From: Octopus sinensis
Taxonomy: Eukaryota
Direction of reading: 5' to 3'
DNA length: 64,000 nt
NCBI RefSeq assembly: GCF_006345805.1
Contig: NC_043009.1
Span: 13,020,001 to 13,084,000 of the forward strand
This document shows positions 39,601 through 56,265 of the stretch, piece by piece. Below the pieces are notes generated by a model that saw nothing but the letters and a program-made list of their open reading frames with translations, did no database searches and was not told the DNA's origin. Every line of letters begins with the position of its first letter. The stretch's first letter is position 1. Made by a program: the position numbers and the translations under genes.

Positions 39601-41526
39601 CACTGCATGACAAGATGAATATAAAAAGTTTCTTTAGTAATTTTAGGGGGTTCTTTCTTTTTTTCTCCATCATACCTAGATTTTGATCTACAAGATACCT
39701 CCTACCAACCTAATGTACAGAAATATAATGTAGCATGCAGTGTTTTTATGAATACTTTTGATTATTCTTTTTGCGACATTTATAAATTGGTAACCGCTCT
39801 GTGGATTTCTGGTTTTTATTTCTTCACATCAATCAGCTTTAATTTGCTTGCATTCAGGACATATTTGACGCAATGATCCAGATCATTTTTACTACATCTG
39901 TGGGGATTATGCTTTCAAGGAGTGTAGGAAAACATCAAGCCGCTCACACAAGCAAGATAGAAAGATTGCTCTAAAATGAATCTTGGAGACAACGATAAAT
40001 TTTTTGCTCTGCATATCGCATGCAAAGTTTTCAGTAATCGGCATATGTTGTGGCCCAGCAGAAAGCTGAAAGAAATGTCATTTGCCACTCCAATTGCATG
40101 GTGGGAACAAAGCAACCATTCTATTGAGTGCTACTCCTGCTTTGGGGGATTCAATCAGAAACCTACAAAGTATATCAATTACCTTAATTTGCCATCTGCC
40201 CTAAGACTGCTGCCACATAACGATGACATTCTTCTTTCTGTGCCAAGCAATCAACAATTGTGTAAGTCAAATGATGATTCCGATGACAAAACTGGATGTG
40301 AAGACCAAATGGATGACAGGGATTTTGAAATCCCTCATTCACGCCCTAAAATAAGACAAGGAGAAAAGGATCGTTTTGTTAGAAATTTAGGACGTTTCAA
40401 GAATGTTGTTTACCTGGGTTGAACAATGCTCAGAGTATACAGAGTCTTTGCCCTAGGGACCAAAATAAAACAGTGTACAAGCACCGAGATAAGAAATTTG
40501 CTGAATTTTGCGGCAATGATAAACTGGGTTTGGTTTATTGCAAGAAGAATATTAGTGGTTTAATTTTAGCTCAAGGAATTCCCTTTGTTGTCATGTAGGA
40601 TTGGTGGTTATCCATTGATTGCAGTACTTCTTGCCTTTTTGTATGTTTTTGCTTGCATGTTGGAAATGAATTGCCAGGGATTCCGATGGATTATTCTAGG
40701 AAGGCAAAAAAAAAAAATCATACGACACTATCATGATGTTACATTCCGTGATTAAGTATGATGATTTCAGGTGGAGAGCTGGAGGTGACTTGAAGACAAC
40801 AGTTTTTTTTAAAAACTGGAATGCAAAAGCGTTAAATGAAGGTTTGCTTATTCTTGCACTTGTGGGACAGCTTGGTTCAAAACGAGCAGCATTACAGTTG
40901 GCAGGATTGACCAGCGCGTCATGAATGGAGAGCTAACGAAAGCGTTCAATACGTACCACTAGTTTCCCCTGAGCCAATTGTGTGGTCACCACTACACATT
41001 GAACTTGGAATCTTCAAACATTTTGAGAGGTCATTGGATCCTGAGGGAGAACCAATCAAGCGACTGAAAGATATCTTTCCTCGATTAATTTAAGCAAAGA
41101 TTAAAGGAAGTATGTCTGTTGGACCAGACACTCGGAAAATAATGAAGAAACAGATGTTCAGAGATTCATTGATTGAAGTTGAGCAATGAGCGTATGCCGA
41201 CCCCCGCATGACGGCAAACTTTTACTGGCTTCACACTTTATAAATTTCACGTAGTGAAATCAATGCTGTAACTTATTTTGTGATAAGAATTTTCTAATGT
41301 ATATTGTTATTTTAACGGTGATTAATTGCAGTTTAGTACATTAATAAATTGCAATTAACTGCGATTAAAACACGAGTAAACACTTTCTTTCTGTAAGTTT
41401 AGGATAAGTGAGATATCTTCTAGATCAAAATGTAGGGGTGATCTCATAATGTTCATAAAGTACACCCTAAAATTAACAAATATGACCAAAAGTAGTATCT
41501 GCTAAAAAAAAAAGAAAATATTAGTG
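39601..41526 (+). mobile_element. Degenerate Chapaev3 (CMC) DNA transposon
   Basis: RNDPDHFYYICG, LGDNDKFFALHIAC...ATPIAWWEQSNHSIECYSC and PLHIELGIFKHF...AKIKGSMSVGPDTRKIMK; CAC...GTG ends and subterminal inverted match (about 39630-39700 vs 41405-41480). Confidence 0.7.
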
Positions 41527-41846
41527 TCAAGTAATGTTATCAGGGATTGTAGCTAACATTGTCTGAGATAATTATAATCTATATCAGTGTTGGCGCATTG
41601 ATTTCGATCTTGCAACCGCACCTAATAAAGAAACAACTATATATTTCAATTTTTTAATTGAATGAAGCAAAACGCCAAAATATAGACGTACCTATTGAAG
41701 TAGAAATTTTAAGATATGTTTTCCCATTTGCATTTGGGGATCCACAAATTTTTCTTCTATAAATTACTGCACAACTATACAATAAAGAAAAGCATTACAT
41801 TGTGTTAGAATATTCATAATTATATATTGTTGTACTCTTTCATATC

Positions 41847-41893
<47 letters not shown>

Positions 41894-41915
41894 TGTGTGT
41901 GTGTGTGTGTATAAA

Positions 41916-41986
<71 letters not shown>

Positions 41987-42018
41987 AATATATATGTATA
42001 TATGTCTCTCTCTCTCTT

Positions 42019-42052
<34 letters not shown>

Positions 42053-42116
42053 CATGTATGTACATAGAGACATACGGATACATTACATATATATATATAT
42101 ATATATATATATCTCC

Positions 42117-42345
42117 AGTGGAGGCGCGTGGCTTAGTGGTTAGGGTGTTAGCATCATGATCGTAAGATTGTGGTTTCGATTCCCGGGCTGGGCGACGCGT
42201 TGTTTTTGCTCCAGTCCACTCACCTGGCAAAATTGAGTAACGCTGCGATGGACTGGCGTCCTGTCCAGCTGGGGAACACATACGCCATAGAAACCGAGAA
42301 ACCGGGCCCATGAGCCTGGCTGGACTTTAAAAGGGCGCATTTATT
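42117..42345 (+). mobile_element. SINE with SINE-2-type tRNA head and a different tail
   Basis: ggcgcgtggcttagtggttagggtg...ggtttcgattccc head; tail gcgatggactggcgtcctgtccag...gaaaccggg. Confidence 0.75.
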
Positions 42346-42400
42346 TTAACTATCTATCTACCTATAACTCCGTTTGCTTCTCTGTATCTGTATATATGTG

Positions 42401-42439
<39 letters not shown>

Positions 42440-42853
42440 ATATATGTATATGTATATATGTATATATATATATATATGTGTGTGTAGATATATATATATT
42501 TGTGTGGGTGTATGTGCGTGTGTATCAATGCGATAGTATGTATCTATTTTCGTACTGGAATTTTATTATATGTACATACAATATACTCCTCGACTACAAA
42601 TCTCCTAAGCCTTCTCACACAAGCATTTATACATACCAGCGCACCCCTATACACACATAATACATACATACATACTGGCTGCATACATACATACACATAT
42701 ACATGCATACATACATAGATACATACACACATACATGCATTCATACTTCCATACATACATTTTAATTTATCATTGTACATATCACGCATAATTTATTTCT
42801 ACGCCAGTTATTCTAACAATCTGTGAGCTTATGTATGTATATGAGTGTTTGTT

Positions 42854-42888
<35 letters not shown>

Positions 42889-43589
42889 ATGCGTGCGTGT
42901 GTGTTTATTGGTCTGTGTGAAATGATACCTGTAGAGTTATACCGCTTGTTGAAAATTTTACTCCTAAATTTTGAGTATATTCATAAAATGTTACAAATCT
43001 TATGAATGTATTTATATTTCAGAAAGAAAACAATTACAACTCAGCATTGGTAAAATCGCAGATTTTGATAAAGCGATAACTTGGCGATAACTGAAAAGAA
43101 AAAAAGTTAGTAATATCAAAATCTTCATAAAAATATTCTAAAGTGAAATTTTATTCTCTAGTAAGATTATCGCCAATAACGCTGCTCCTAAGTCAGAATA
43201 AATCATGTAGTTGTTGGCTTCACAGGCAGTATTGCACGTAGTCAGCAAAAAATATAATATTTTGCATACATCCTTAACAATGCGATTAAATGATGAATCC
43301 AATTGGTAAAATGGAGGTACAGCATCCGAGGTATTTGATTCATACAAACACGTGCAGAGAGTTATTTCCTTTATATTTGTCTAGAGACGAGATCGTTACA
43401 TAATTGTCACTCGTAGATATCTACGCACCTGCAGTTTTACTCGCCCACGTACCACACATTTTCTAACGTCAAGTTTGGTTCATTGTCCCTTACTAAGCGG
43501 CCTCTGTCTATGTATATGCACATATGCTAACTCATATTTGTCTACAACTACATGTAAGGCAGCAAATCAGTGTAGCCGATAATGTGTAA

Positions 43590-43892
43590 TCTTTATATAT
43601 ATAACTGAAGTTGTGTGTGTGTCTGTCTACTCCGATTTAGATTCCTAACTACTCCCACATTTTGCGGTGCAGTTTAACCAAAAGCGGGTATCTTATAGTC
43701 GTCATTCATATCGAGCCCTTCTGGGTATTAGCTCGCGTCTACGATGAGTCTACGATTTAAAAAAAATTACCATAATTTTTCCGCATTTTTAATGCATTAT
43801 TTGCTCGGTTTATATAAGGGAAGTAACTCTCTAAAAATGCTTATATAGTTATTTCCCTTACAAATCCGAGCAACGCCGGGCGATACTGCTAG
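43590..43892 (+). mobile_element. Non-autonomous Helitron
   Basis: A|TC ... CTAG|T; subterminal ccgagcaacgccggg; 3' end shared with 26496-26857. Confidence 0.85.
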
Positions 43893-44153
43893 TGCTCTAT
43901 AATTTTTATCTATGTTTTGGTGGTAGGTAACTAAACTGGTTCGCCTAGCTGGAATGTATGAGGCGGAAAGATTATGAAAAACGCAGAAGAAATACAGGGC
44001 CAGCAAATGCTGGTGATAACAAGCCCAATTTCAACAACTATTTAGAAACAATTCGTGGTGACATAAGGATATTCGGAAATGTGAACAAATATATACTTTA
44101 ATAGCATTCGTGGGTGATGTAGCGCTAGTACTGGTCAGGACACGAATGTTGAT

Positions 44154-44435
44154 CAGTGCTTCTCAACCAGTTTTTACCTGTAAACTCCTTTGATTCCTAT
44201 TTTATTTGGGTAGTTAATCCTAGCCATTCAGTTTAATAAAAATCCTATAATATTTTTATAACTAATTATTATTAGGAACTGTATAGAAATAGGAGTGGCT
44301 GTGTGGTAAGTAGCTTGCTTATGAACCACATGGTTCTGGGTTCAGTCCCACTGCGTGGCACCTTGGGCAAGTGTCTTCTACTATAGCCTCGGGCCGACCA
44401 AAGCCTTGTGAGTGGATTTGGTAGACGGAAACTTA

Positions 44436-44510
<75 letters not shown>

Positions 44511-44758
44511 CGTGCGTCTGTGTTTGTCCCCCCAACATCACCGATAGAATAAGTACTAGGCTTCCAAAGAATAAGTCCTTGGGTCTATTTGCACGACTAA
44601 AGGCAGTGCTCCAGCATGGCCATAGTCAAATGACGGAAACAGGTAAAAGAGTAAAATATTTTGTATATTGTAGAAATATAATATACTGGAGATAAATTTT
44701 AACAACAAAATGTGACCCCCCCCCCAAGGGCCACATGGACCTCGGTTGAAAACCACTG
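44154..44758. mobile_element. hAT-type MITE containing a nested SINE-1 (about 44290-44652, +)
   Basis: TIRs cagtgcttctcaacc / ggttgaaaaccactg; degenerate 8-bp TSD atgttgat / atggagat. Confidence 0.7.
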
Positions 44759-44814
44759 ATGGAGATGGAGAACTAGTATTAAGCCGTCGTTATGTACTGA
44801 TGTATCTCAGGCAG

Positions 44815-45086
44815 CATGGTTTTTGTATAATATAGTAAGACAACAGTGTAACGCTGTTAGTAGCAAAGTTTAGAAAGGTAAAAGTGGAGGATGAAACACT
44901 GTAACTAAATAAATCAAGAGAAATGAAAAGATTTTTAGGTGATTAAAAAAAAAATTCCAAAAATTAAAAAAAAAATGTCTTGTTCTTAACTTCTTTTAAC
45001 TTCTCTTAATTCAGTTACAGTATTTCCTCCTCCTCCTTTACTTTCCTACTAACGGCATTACTCTGTTATACTATACTAAGCCCATA
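44815..45086. repeat. Old degenerate fold-back (about 110-bp arms, A/T-rich spacer)
   Basis: ctgttagtag...aaacactgtaact vs agttacagtattt...ctactaacgg pair in inverted orientation. Confidence 0.55.
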
Positions 45087-45690
45087 TTGTTTTGTGAGCT
45101 TCCTTTGTTGGTGAAGGCTAGGAGAATGGAATTATCTGATATAACCTCTAGTTGATGTTACAACCGATTAATCTTACTTATGTGAATGCATGGGTTGAAA
45201 TGCATTACACTTGGGGAAATGACGTCAGAACACATCGTAACAACAGCATTATAGCGATTGGGCGACTGGAATAAGGACAGGATGAAAGGCCGATGTCCTG
45301 AAATGGAAAAAAAAACTATCAGTGGAAAAATAACTAATTGGTAAACACTGCCGGGAAAATGATCAAATCCGAATAATAAATTATGAATCGAGAAATCTTG
45401 AAAATTGTAGTTAGCTACTACTCCATAGGTGAAGAGATCTAATATAGTTAGAAAACTGGGCCATTTTAGGGAGAAAGGCAAACGTGAATTAATACAAAAT
45501 GAGTCAGTTTAGAACAAAAACTTACTTGATGAGCTTTTAGAAATGTACGAACTCAACCAAAATGTTTTTAAAGAAGTAAGAGAACCGAGAGAAAAAGTGG
45601 CTGTACACAGTGTTAAAATCAGCAGTTACAAAATAAACTGATGAGAATAGAAGGAACAGATACACCGAGAAAGTATAAGGAAAGGATGGT

Positions 45691-45875
45691 GAAGAAAATT
45701 CTAGCTGGGAGCTGCCTGCAGGGCCATGTGCTGTTTATCTCGATATGAGATCACCATGTTGCGCATATATGGTTGCGATGCATGCGGCTGGTGTACACTT
45801 ATCAACAGATAGTCCTTGGGCTTCGAATATTTGTTCCCCAGTGTCATTTTCATGGCATGCACTGCTCTCTCACTC
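45691..45875 (+). mobile_element. 3' part of the TAA-flanked repeat (see 1045-1569)
   Basis: Shared sequence and ctctctcactc-(aat)n end. Confidence 0.7.
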
Positions 45876-47777
<1,902 letters not shown>

Positions 47778-48024
47778 TTGGTTAAAAATTTTCCACAATG
47801 GCAGCATATTAGGGGAAGAGATGAGTCAGTTACATCGACACCAGTGCTCAAATGGTACGACCCCGAAATGATGAAAGGTAAAGTCAACCTCGGCTGTTTG
47901 TGGACAGCTAGACAATCATTATATCTAAAACTTACAAGAGTACGTAATTATGCATATAGACGATTATTTTGTAAAAATTAACATTATACTGTTCGACAAA
48001 TAGGGACTAAATGCTTTCGGTATA

Positions 48025-48025
48025 A

Positions 48026-48114
<89 letters not shown>

Positions 48115-48329
48115 GTCTGCCTATCTATCTGTCTATCTCTCTCTCTCTCTCTCTCTCTCTATTTCTCTTTTACGATCCCTTTTGATCGAAAACCTACGCC
48201 ACTTTTTTGTTTCTTTTGTTTTTTGTTTTTTGTTTTTTTTCATCCCCCAAAAGAAAAGCTCTACCTTGTAATTTGTCCCATCTGTGTGCAACCCTGTGTT
48301 GCCAATAAAGAAACTTACCTATCTATCTT

Positions 48330-48412
<83 letters not shown>

Positions 48413-48487
48413 GTCTGTCTATCTATCTGTCTGTCTATCTGTCTGTCTATCTCTCTCTCTCTCTCTATCTATCTATCTGTCTATCTA

Positions 48488-48518
<31 letters not shown>

Positions 48519-48556
48519 ATCTATCTATCTATCATCTATCTATCTATCTATCTATA

Positions 48557-48585
<29 letters not shown>
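48025..48585. repeat. (TATC)n/(TC)n arrays with a short unique insert (48165-48318)
   Basis: Direct inspection. Confidence 0.93.
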
Positions 48586-48587
<2 letters not shown>

Positions 48588-49083
48588 GACACCCTCCATG
48601 TGATGCGCTACATGATAGATAGGGTAGTTAAAGAACCTGGCATGGGTGGGGTCCTGATCAATTTGGATCGATCCAAAGGTTTTGATAGGGTAGACCATCG
48701 ATACTTGGAGGCTGTCCTCAGAGCGGCTGGTTTCGGTCCCGTTTTCCGCGGCTGGATAGCTGCTTTGTACAGAGGCATCCGTTTGGTAATTCGCGTAAAT
48801 GGACAGCTATCGAGACCGTTCGACACTACCCGTTCGGTCCGTCAGGGACGTCCCCTCTCGTTGCTCCAATGCGTATTGACTCTCGAGCCCCTATTGCGGA
48901 AGCTGGCGACGCTGAGGGGCATCCCGTGAGAATTGGGATGCGGGACGAGCGTGTCTGCATACGCGGACGGGCTGGGTATGCCGTGGTTGATGATGCGCAG
49001 ACACGCGCTGAGACTGCGACACCTCCGGCTCTACGTAGACGACGGTGAACGACGGTTGCCGTTTGTGAGACGCGCTTTCCCGA
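48586..49083 (+). mobile_element. Tx1/L1-clade RT fragment with internal deletion
   Basis: [43 protein letters not shown] fused directly to GLGMP (post-RT region). Confidence 0.8.
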
Positions 49084-49563
49084 GATAGATAGACAGATAA
49101 ATAGATAGATAGATAGATAGATAGATAACCTCACCATCAGAACATCCCCCTTCTCCTAAAATCATATTTGAAACTCCCTGTCTATCTTCAACTCACTTTT
49201 GCGTAATAAATATGGACGCTCCTCTCTCCCTATTTTTCTCTCTTTCGCTTTCTGTCTCTCTCTCCGCCTTATTCTCTTTTCACTCTCCATCTTCCTTTCT
49301 CGTCTCTTTCCTTTCAATTAATCATGTGAACGCGTTACAATTACACTCTCTCAACCTCACCACATAGAGTTTCTGACTCCCTCTTTTTCTCTCTCCTACT
49401 TCCCTTTGTCGCTCCTTTTCTGTGATCACGTGAAAGCATTATCGACAGGCTAAGTAGCGCAACGACAATTAGAATTATCATAAGATGATAAGATGGACGA
49501 ACAATGAAGGATTATTTTCAAAGCGACATCGTCGCTCTTTGCGAATGGCAAAGTCGGCTCATA

Positions 49564-49600
<37 letters not shown>

Positions 49601-51743
49601 CACACACACACACATACACACACACACACAAAAACACACGCACACACACATTTATATGTACATATATATATGTGTGTGTGTATATATATATATAGATACA
49701 TATATATATATACGCACACCCATACGCATAAGCACACACAAGTATTAATATATTATGAGATGTTATAACGTGAGGATAAGGAGTACATTTCTCTTCATAT
49801 GATAATCAAAATCCCCAAAACAAACTTGTTTTTATTGATATCATAGTTTATTTTATTCTAATTTTTGAGTAAGTCCAAACTTTGCAGGGGGTTTGCAGTG
49901 CGATATGATGACATATCGGAATGTCGTAACATTGTTATATCTATCTGATCACTTTATTGCAACCTACACTTTACAACCATAAATATTGATTTCCAACTTT
50001 GGTTCAAGACCGTACCTTCAAGGCTTCACCTTTCATACCTAAATCGAATTCTGTACTTGACTACTGCTAATTAGTTTATCGGTCGGGGAAGAATAAAACG
50101 TCAAGTCGTCATTCGTCATCAGTGGCTTTCACTCAGATCATAGCGGAATACAACTAAATAAATCATACTTTATATTCCGGCATTCGAATGATTCTGTCAT
50201 TCCCCCGTCGTTCCAGTGCATAAATATTTATATCGGATTTACTGTTATAGCAATAGCTGTGTTGTCAAATGAGCAGGAAACTCAACTGAACAACAATTTG
50301 CACACATATAATATTTATTACGAAATATATAACATGACACTTGAATTATTCATATCTGCGCCATTGTGTGGACCGATGGACGTGTTTATGTTTCGATGTG
50401 TGTGCATGGTTGCAGGTGTATGTGTGCTTGTGTGTGCATGTGTATGTGTGTGTGTGTGTGTGCGTGTGTGTGCGTGCCTGCATGCGTACGTGTGCGTGTG
50501 TAAATATGCATTTGCATGTTTGGATTTGCAGAAATTTATCAAATATAATAGTAATTTTCAGTAAAATTAGAAAGAAAATAACTGAAAAGTCAGAAAACGT
50601 TAATAATTGTTTTATATTATTAAATTGCATAAAATTGATAACAGCCACAAATGTTCCTCTCGTGAGAGCATTACTATTTATCCAACCGAAAAATCTGTCG
50701 CTCGCTTTTCGTCAAAGGGATGCACAAATTTCAGAACAGCCCAGGTTACTGAGATGTAAGTCGCTGCCTTATAATAATGTGTTTCTGTTTCAGAGTGATT
50801 GCGCTTTAACATCCATATGTGTGGTTTTATTTTGTAGCGTAGAAGTAATATCAGTTAACATGACTGATTGAATAATTAATATCAATTACCACTAATTCTG
50901 GGAATATGAATAATTGAAACCGCTGATAATCTATTCCCATCATTTTCACTGGAAATACATTCGCGAGGTTTTCCTGCTTATTTTGCGATCAGTTTTTCTC
51001 TGATTACAAACTTTATCAGCTGCTCGGAAGTCTCCGATTTACAAATTTTCAATCAATATTGTTCAATTAGAAATACGCTTGCAGAACCTACTCCACATTG
51101 GTTACACCATTTGCAATCTAAATGTACATGAACTGAACCCTCCTTTATCAAGTACCAGATTCCACCATCTCAATAACGCAGGCACCATGTACGAAATCCC
51201 TTCCATTACCCAATGCGTTACAATGCTCTGTCTTATTACATAATATATCCTAACCAAACGTTTTGATATTTCTCCTGTTATTTGAATCTATTCCTATATC
51301 AGGGAACATGCTATAAAGATAAGCTCACTACAAGTATAAAAAATATGATGCGAAAATTGAACTCTCTATTCCACAATGAGGTCTTCCCACTGTAGTTTTT
51401 AAGAATATGCCTCCCGTAACATCTCAAGTCTCTCAAGTAGTTTTCAGCTGCTATGGATCCGTGATCCCTACTTCTTGAGAAGTTGGGCCAAAGCAATGTT
51501 GCGGCAAAATATTCGATCCTTTCGCACAATGTTAAATTCCGTGATAATTTGCTCCTTCTTTGTAATATTCTATTTCTCGAGTATGATATTTATTCTCTTA
51601 CCTCAACATGTAGGGACGGAAGTCTCTGTCGAAACTAAGCTAGCCTCAGATTTGTGAATATATCCCAACGTATTCTTCCTGCAAGTTAAGACATTATAAA
51701 TAGACGAAAACATATTCCCATAAATATAAGCATAATACATTTA

Positions 51744-51947
51744 CGAATGGGTGCTGAAAAGTTCCTGGTTTTAAGGGTATCGCTAAAGGCCTGGTTGGAG
51801 GTGCGACTTTCTTACTTTCTTTTACAGGGCTTAGAAAAACTGAAGGATAATTGCAATAAGTGTGGGAATTTGAGAGGGAAATATGTTGAATAAAATATCC
51901 CTGCATTTTCTTTGATCCGAAGCCAGGAACCTTTCAGCATCCCCTCG
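51744..51947 (+). mobile_element. Mariner MITE
   Basis: TIRs cgaatgggtgctgaaaagttcctggttt / aagccaggaacctttcagcatcccctcg; TA on both sides; C-terminal remnant QGLEKLKDNCNKCGNLRGKYVE*. Confidence 0.88.
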
Positions 51948-52329
51948 TATATCTCACCCTGTATTGATCTTGCTGTAAGTTTACAGAAATATTGCCTGTT
52001 CAAACTGTCTGTTGGCCAGAAATATGAAATCATATGTAGACATTCATATGTTTACGTCTAAATCTATAGAAAAGACTCATACGAATTCAGATGAAACAAT
52101 ATCCATGGGCACACATATTTCGTCACTATATTGTTCGTTTTGAATTTCTGTAGCGTGCTGCATCAAAAGTCACACAGATCTGGAACTGTTTTAGTTGAAT
52201 ATCAAATTTTATACACGTGACATGTTAACAGCACATTATTTTGCAACGTCCAATTTCAGAGAAAAATGACGCTACGTGAGGTTACCCGAACCTCTTCTGA
52301 AGCATAACTTAGCAATGGCGTAAAATGAG

Positions 52330-52590
52330 TATTCACTCCTTTCTTGCTGTTTTCTTACTATCTGTTTGAAACTATTACATTGCAAGTATTACATCATCAT
52401 TTCGTACTACTGCATCATCTTTGAGAGCAAAAATTGCTAATAATAGTTATTGCTGAAGTTGAGAGAATATGGGTACTGTTTTCAATAACTTTTTCATCAA
52501 CTTTACCAAAATTGTAACAGAAGCTGCTAATGAGATACCTGGATAAATTTTGATGTTTGACAGCATATTTTTCATGTTGTATTCCTAGTC
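52330..52590 (-). pseudogene. Possible hAT transposase C-terminal (dimerisation domain) relic
   Basis: YPGISLAASVT...KLLKTV...LLLAIFALKDD weakly resembles ERSFSKLKLIKTYLRSTM...LAILSIE. Confidence 0.35.
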
Positions 52591-53550
52591 AATTTTTTCC
52601 CCACGTTAATGTCCAATCTGATAATTTTCAATTTTTAAAAGGTGATATTTAAGTTCAAAAATTTCTTGTTTGTAACTGGATGGTGCATAAATATATCGGG
52701 AAGAGAGCCATTCCAGCAGATCGTTAAGAAACTATGGGGGTTATTTTACGTTCAGGTTTTCGATTTAGTCGAGTTTCGTTAATTCCATGTCGTGTGCCAT
52801 TTCAATTTGACCTCGATGGTCTAAATTTTTGTCGCATTTCTGATCTTTCTGACGTTTAAGGATGGATATTGATGCGTATGAGTCTTTCCACAAAGGTAAT
52901 TCTGGAGAACTGAAGGAGCAAATATACCTTAAATAGTTCTACACATTTTGCCCCAGCTTAAATTGTCCTAAATATACTCCAACAGAACGGAGATCATTTT
53001 CTGAAATAGCATTCATATTATGTTCTATCGTTTTTAATGCATTTAGAGGTCATTTGCTTACCTGATATCGTTTTTGTAAGGTAGTGAACTGTTGTAAGAG
53101 ATATATTTTTTCTGAAATGCAGTATATCGTACTCATTGCCTCGTCCCCACCTATTCTGAGAAAAGAGAGGAGGAGAAAGAAAGAAAGAAAGAAAGAAGGA
53201 GAGAGTAGTCAAACAGAGAAGACGCGTACCAATACGTACCATTATTTATTCATTGATGCAAAAAGAAATTTGAACCCAGTATGAAGAATATCGTAACACA
53301 ACGCAACAAATGATGCCCAATAATTAAAACACGCCAGCTATGCGATGTCTTTACATATTGTTTACTGCAAAGAAATTTTCATCTTCGGCAAATTCAGTCC
53401 TTCAAAAGGAAACTGATATGGGTGTGGACGGCCAAAATATTCTAAATCAAATTTCAAACAGACTATCGGAAAATGAAAACTCATAAGAATAACAGCTGTA
53501 AAATCTTGGTGTAAATCGTGTTTCAAGCGAGAAGATTAAGAGCTTTTCAG

Positions 53551-53552
<2 letters not shown>

Positions 53553-53611
<59 letters not shown>
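53553..53611. repeat. (GA)n microsatellite
   Basis: Direct inspection. Confidence 0.98.
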
Positions 53612-53615
<4 letters not shown>

Positions 53616-53841
53616 AATGGCAATGCCTGCAGGGACTCCCGGTTCATAAGAAGCCATAATATAATTGTACGTGGTAAAATGTTCGATTTTACTGTCGACA
53701 ACCAATAATAGGCTGCTCCATAAAGGACACTGGATCAGACGTTATAATGATTCACCATTGCGTATTTAACGAATTTATAGATTAACACAGTTGAGAATTT
53801 GTGGGCCTATCTAAATAAGTATATATATATATATTATATAT

Positions 53842-53904
<63 letters not shown>

Positions 53905-55929
53905 CATATATATATATATAGGAAATATATGTATCATATAATATATAATACACTCACTCACACACATACACACACACATGCACACACATATGTAGGAAAC
54001 CTTCACTTTACGAAAGTAATGCGTTCCTGAAAATTTGAACGTGACGCAAATTCTGTAATGAGAAGTTAGTTTTCCCATTATTTGTCAGATTCTGTTCCTG
54101 CGGACATTTTCGAAAAAAGACAACGCAAAATAAACAACGAAGCACAAGAAAATAATAGAATAAACAGTACAATCACCTTTAAGCATGAAAATAACTATTT
54201 CTAATGGTACACAGTACTAAATAGAATCGTATAAACACTAACATTTAAGAAGATTGTCTGTTCCAAGCAAGAAATTTCTCTCACTCCCCCGAAAGATTCC
54301 ATATTCTTATGACGTCAACATTATGCATATGCATGAGTGTGTGCAGATGTGAACATTTGTCTGTGTTATGGACTTTGGTGCCGTAGGTTTGTTGCTGCAG
54401 AACCCGCATAAAAGTTGAAGAATCCAAATTTTCCATTTGCTAGAAGGAGTTACAAAACTGCATAGACAGGAGAAAACTATGAGATATCTGTTATTAGAAA
54501 TTCTTCAGACAGCTAGCCTAGTTAAATGTAACTGCCGAGGCTGTATTGGCTGCATTGTGCTCATTGGTTTTGTTTTACCCATTTAGCTATGGGGTAATAA
54601 ATGTACTAGCATGCAAGATTAAAGAGAATAGATGATCACGAATAAGGGATTAAAAGACTAAAATGTAAGATAACCTTGGGAGTAAAAAAAGGAACCGTGC
54701 ATTGAAAAATAGAATTGAGAAGCAAAAAAAAAAAAAATATGGGAGACGGGGACAATGTGTGGATGACAAGGAGAAGCTGGGGATGTTGAGGGAGAGAATA
54801 ATGCATAATTAAGCTTCCCTTAAGACTGACATCCAAGGTTGGCATTATCACGGGAATTAGGGATATGGGTAAATAATTTTTAGTTTTCAGATTAACATTA
54901 TGGCGTATAGTAAAGGAAATTCATCTGCTAGAATATACGAACAATTTCGTTATCAAAAGAAAAATTATCTACAAATCTATCCGAGTAGTGAGGTGAAACT
55001 AGCGAATAAATTCTGAGAGTTGACACTGTATCCGAGAATCGAAACGTAACCGTTAGGTAAACTACCAAACCACGACCGAACCACAATAGTTTCACGTGAT
55101 AGGTCCAATAAGCAGTCAGTCAGCGTGAAGCCGTCGAATGATGCAATCTTTTATAAATTGTTCTGTTAAACGTTCGCGAGTGTTGCCCTCTTACTTCTTC
55201 ACGTAGACAAGTAACATATTTTCATTGATAAACTCAACTAACTACCATAACAGCAACACCATAGTATCACTTCTGATAGTATCTCGTGAGTAACTAAAAG
55301 TAAAAATATAGAATATAGAAGTAACCACATAAAGTTAACAAAATTATGTAGAATATGTTTAACAAAAAGCATTTTAGTAAGCATCACTTCTTGAAAGGAC
55401 GATGAATTTAAACATAATATAATTCAAAGAGCAAAAGCTTTTGACCAAATGTTTGAGCGGCTACTAAAAAAATTCCGAATTAACCATTAGGATAAATGCA
55501 GGACTGACCCGAGTACTTATGTGGGGACAGGAAGGAAATATTTAGTACCTGAATGTGTTAGTGTACTTGATACAAACATTGATTGCGACTGAAGTAGTCA
55601 CAAAGATTTAGTAACAAAAAAGAAATGTATATGCATAAAAATAATAAGTTTAACAAAGTGAAATATAATTCAGTTTAAGGTAAAAATAACACCTGATGGC
55701 TATGAACTGAAAATGAATTACTGTAATAATTGTAGAAGTACACTGTCTGTTTCCGTTCTACGAAACCATGATTTTCTGTGTCAGTCTTTAGGCATCTCTA
55801 TATTTTCTTTGGTTCTGGTAATTATCGTTTATTTTAAATGCATTTATAAAGTTTCCTTTTAAGTCATGTTGTGAAAGAGAAAAAGAAAGGGAATAAGAAG
55901 TAATACAAATATAAAACCACCACATTCTT

Positions 55930-55976
55930 CATATATATATACATATATATATGTACATATATATATATGTATATAC

Positions 55977-56016
<40 letters not shown>

Positions 56017-56265
56017 ACATATATATATATATATACACACACAAATATATGTATATATATACATATATACATACATACATATATATATATATACATATAT
56101 ATATACATGTATATACATATATATATACATGTATATGCATATATATATATATACATGTATATATATATACATATATATATATACACATATATATACATAT
56201 ATATATAGATATGTGTGTGTATATATATATACACACACACACACATATATATTTATATATATATA
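55930..56265. repeat. TA/CA compound microsatellite
   Basis: Direct inspection. Confidence 0.95.
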
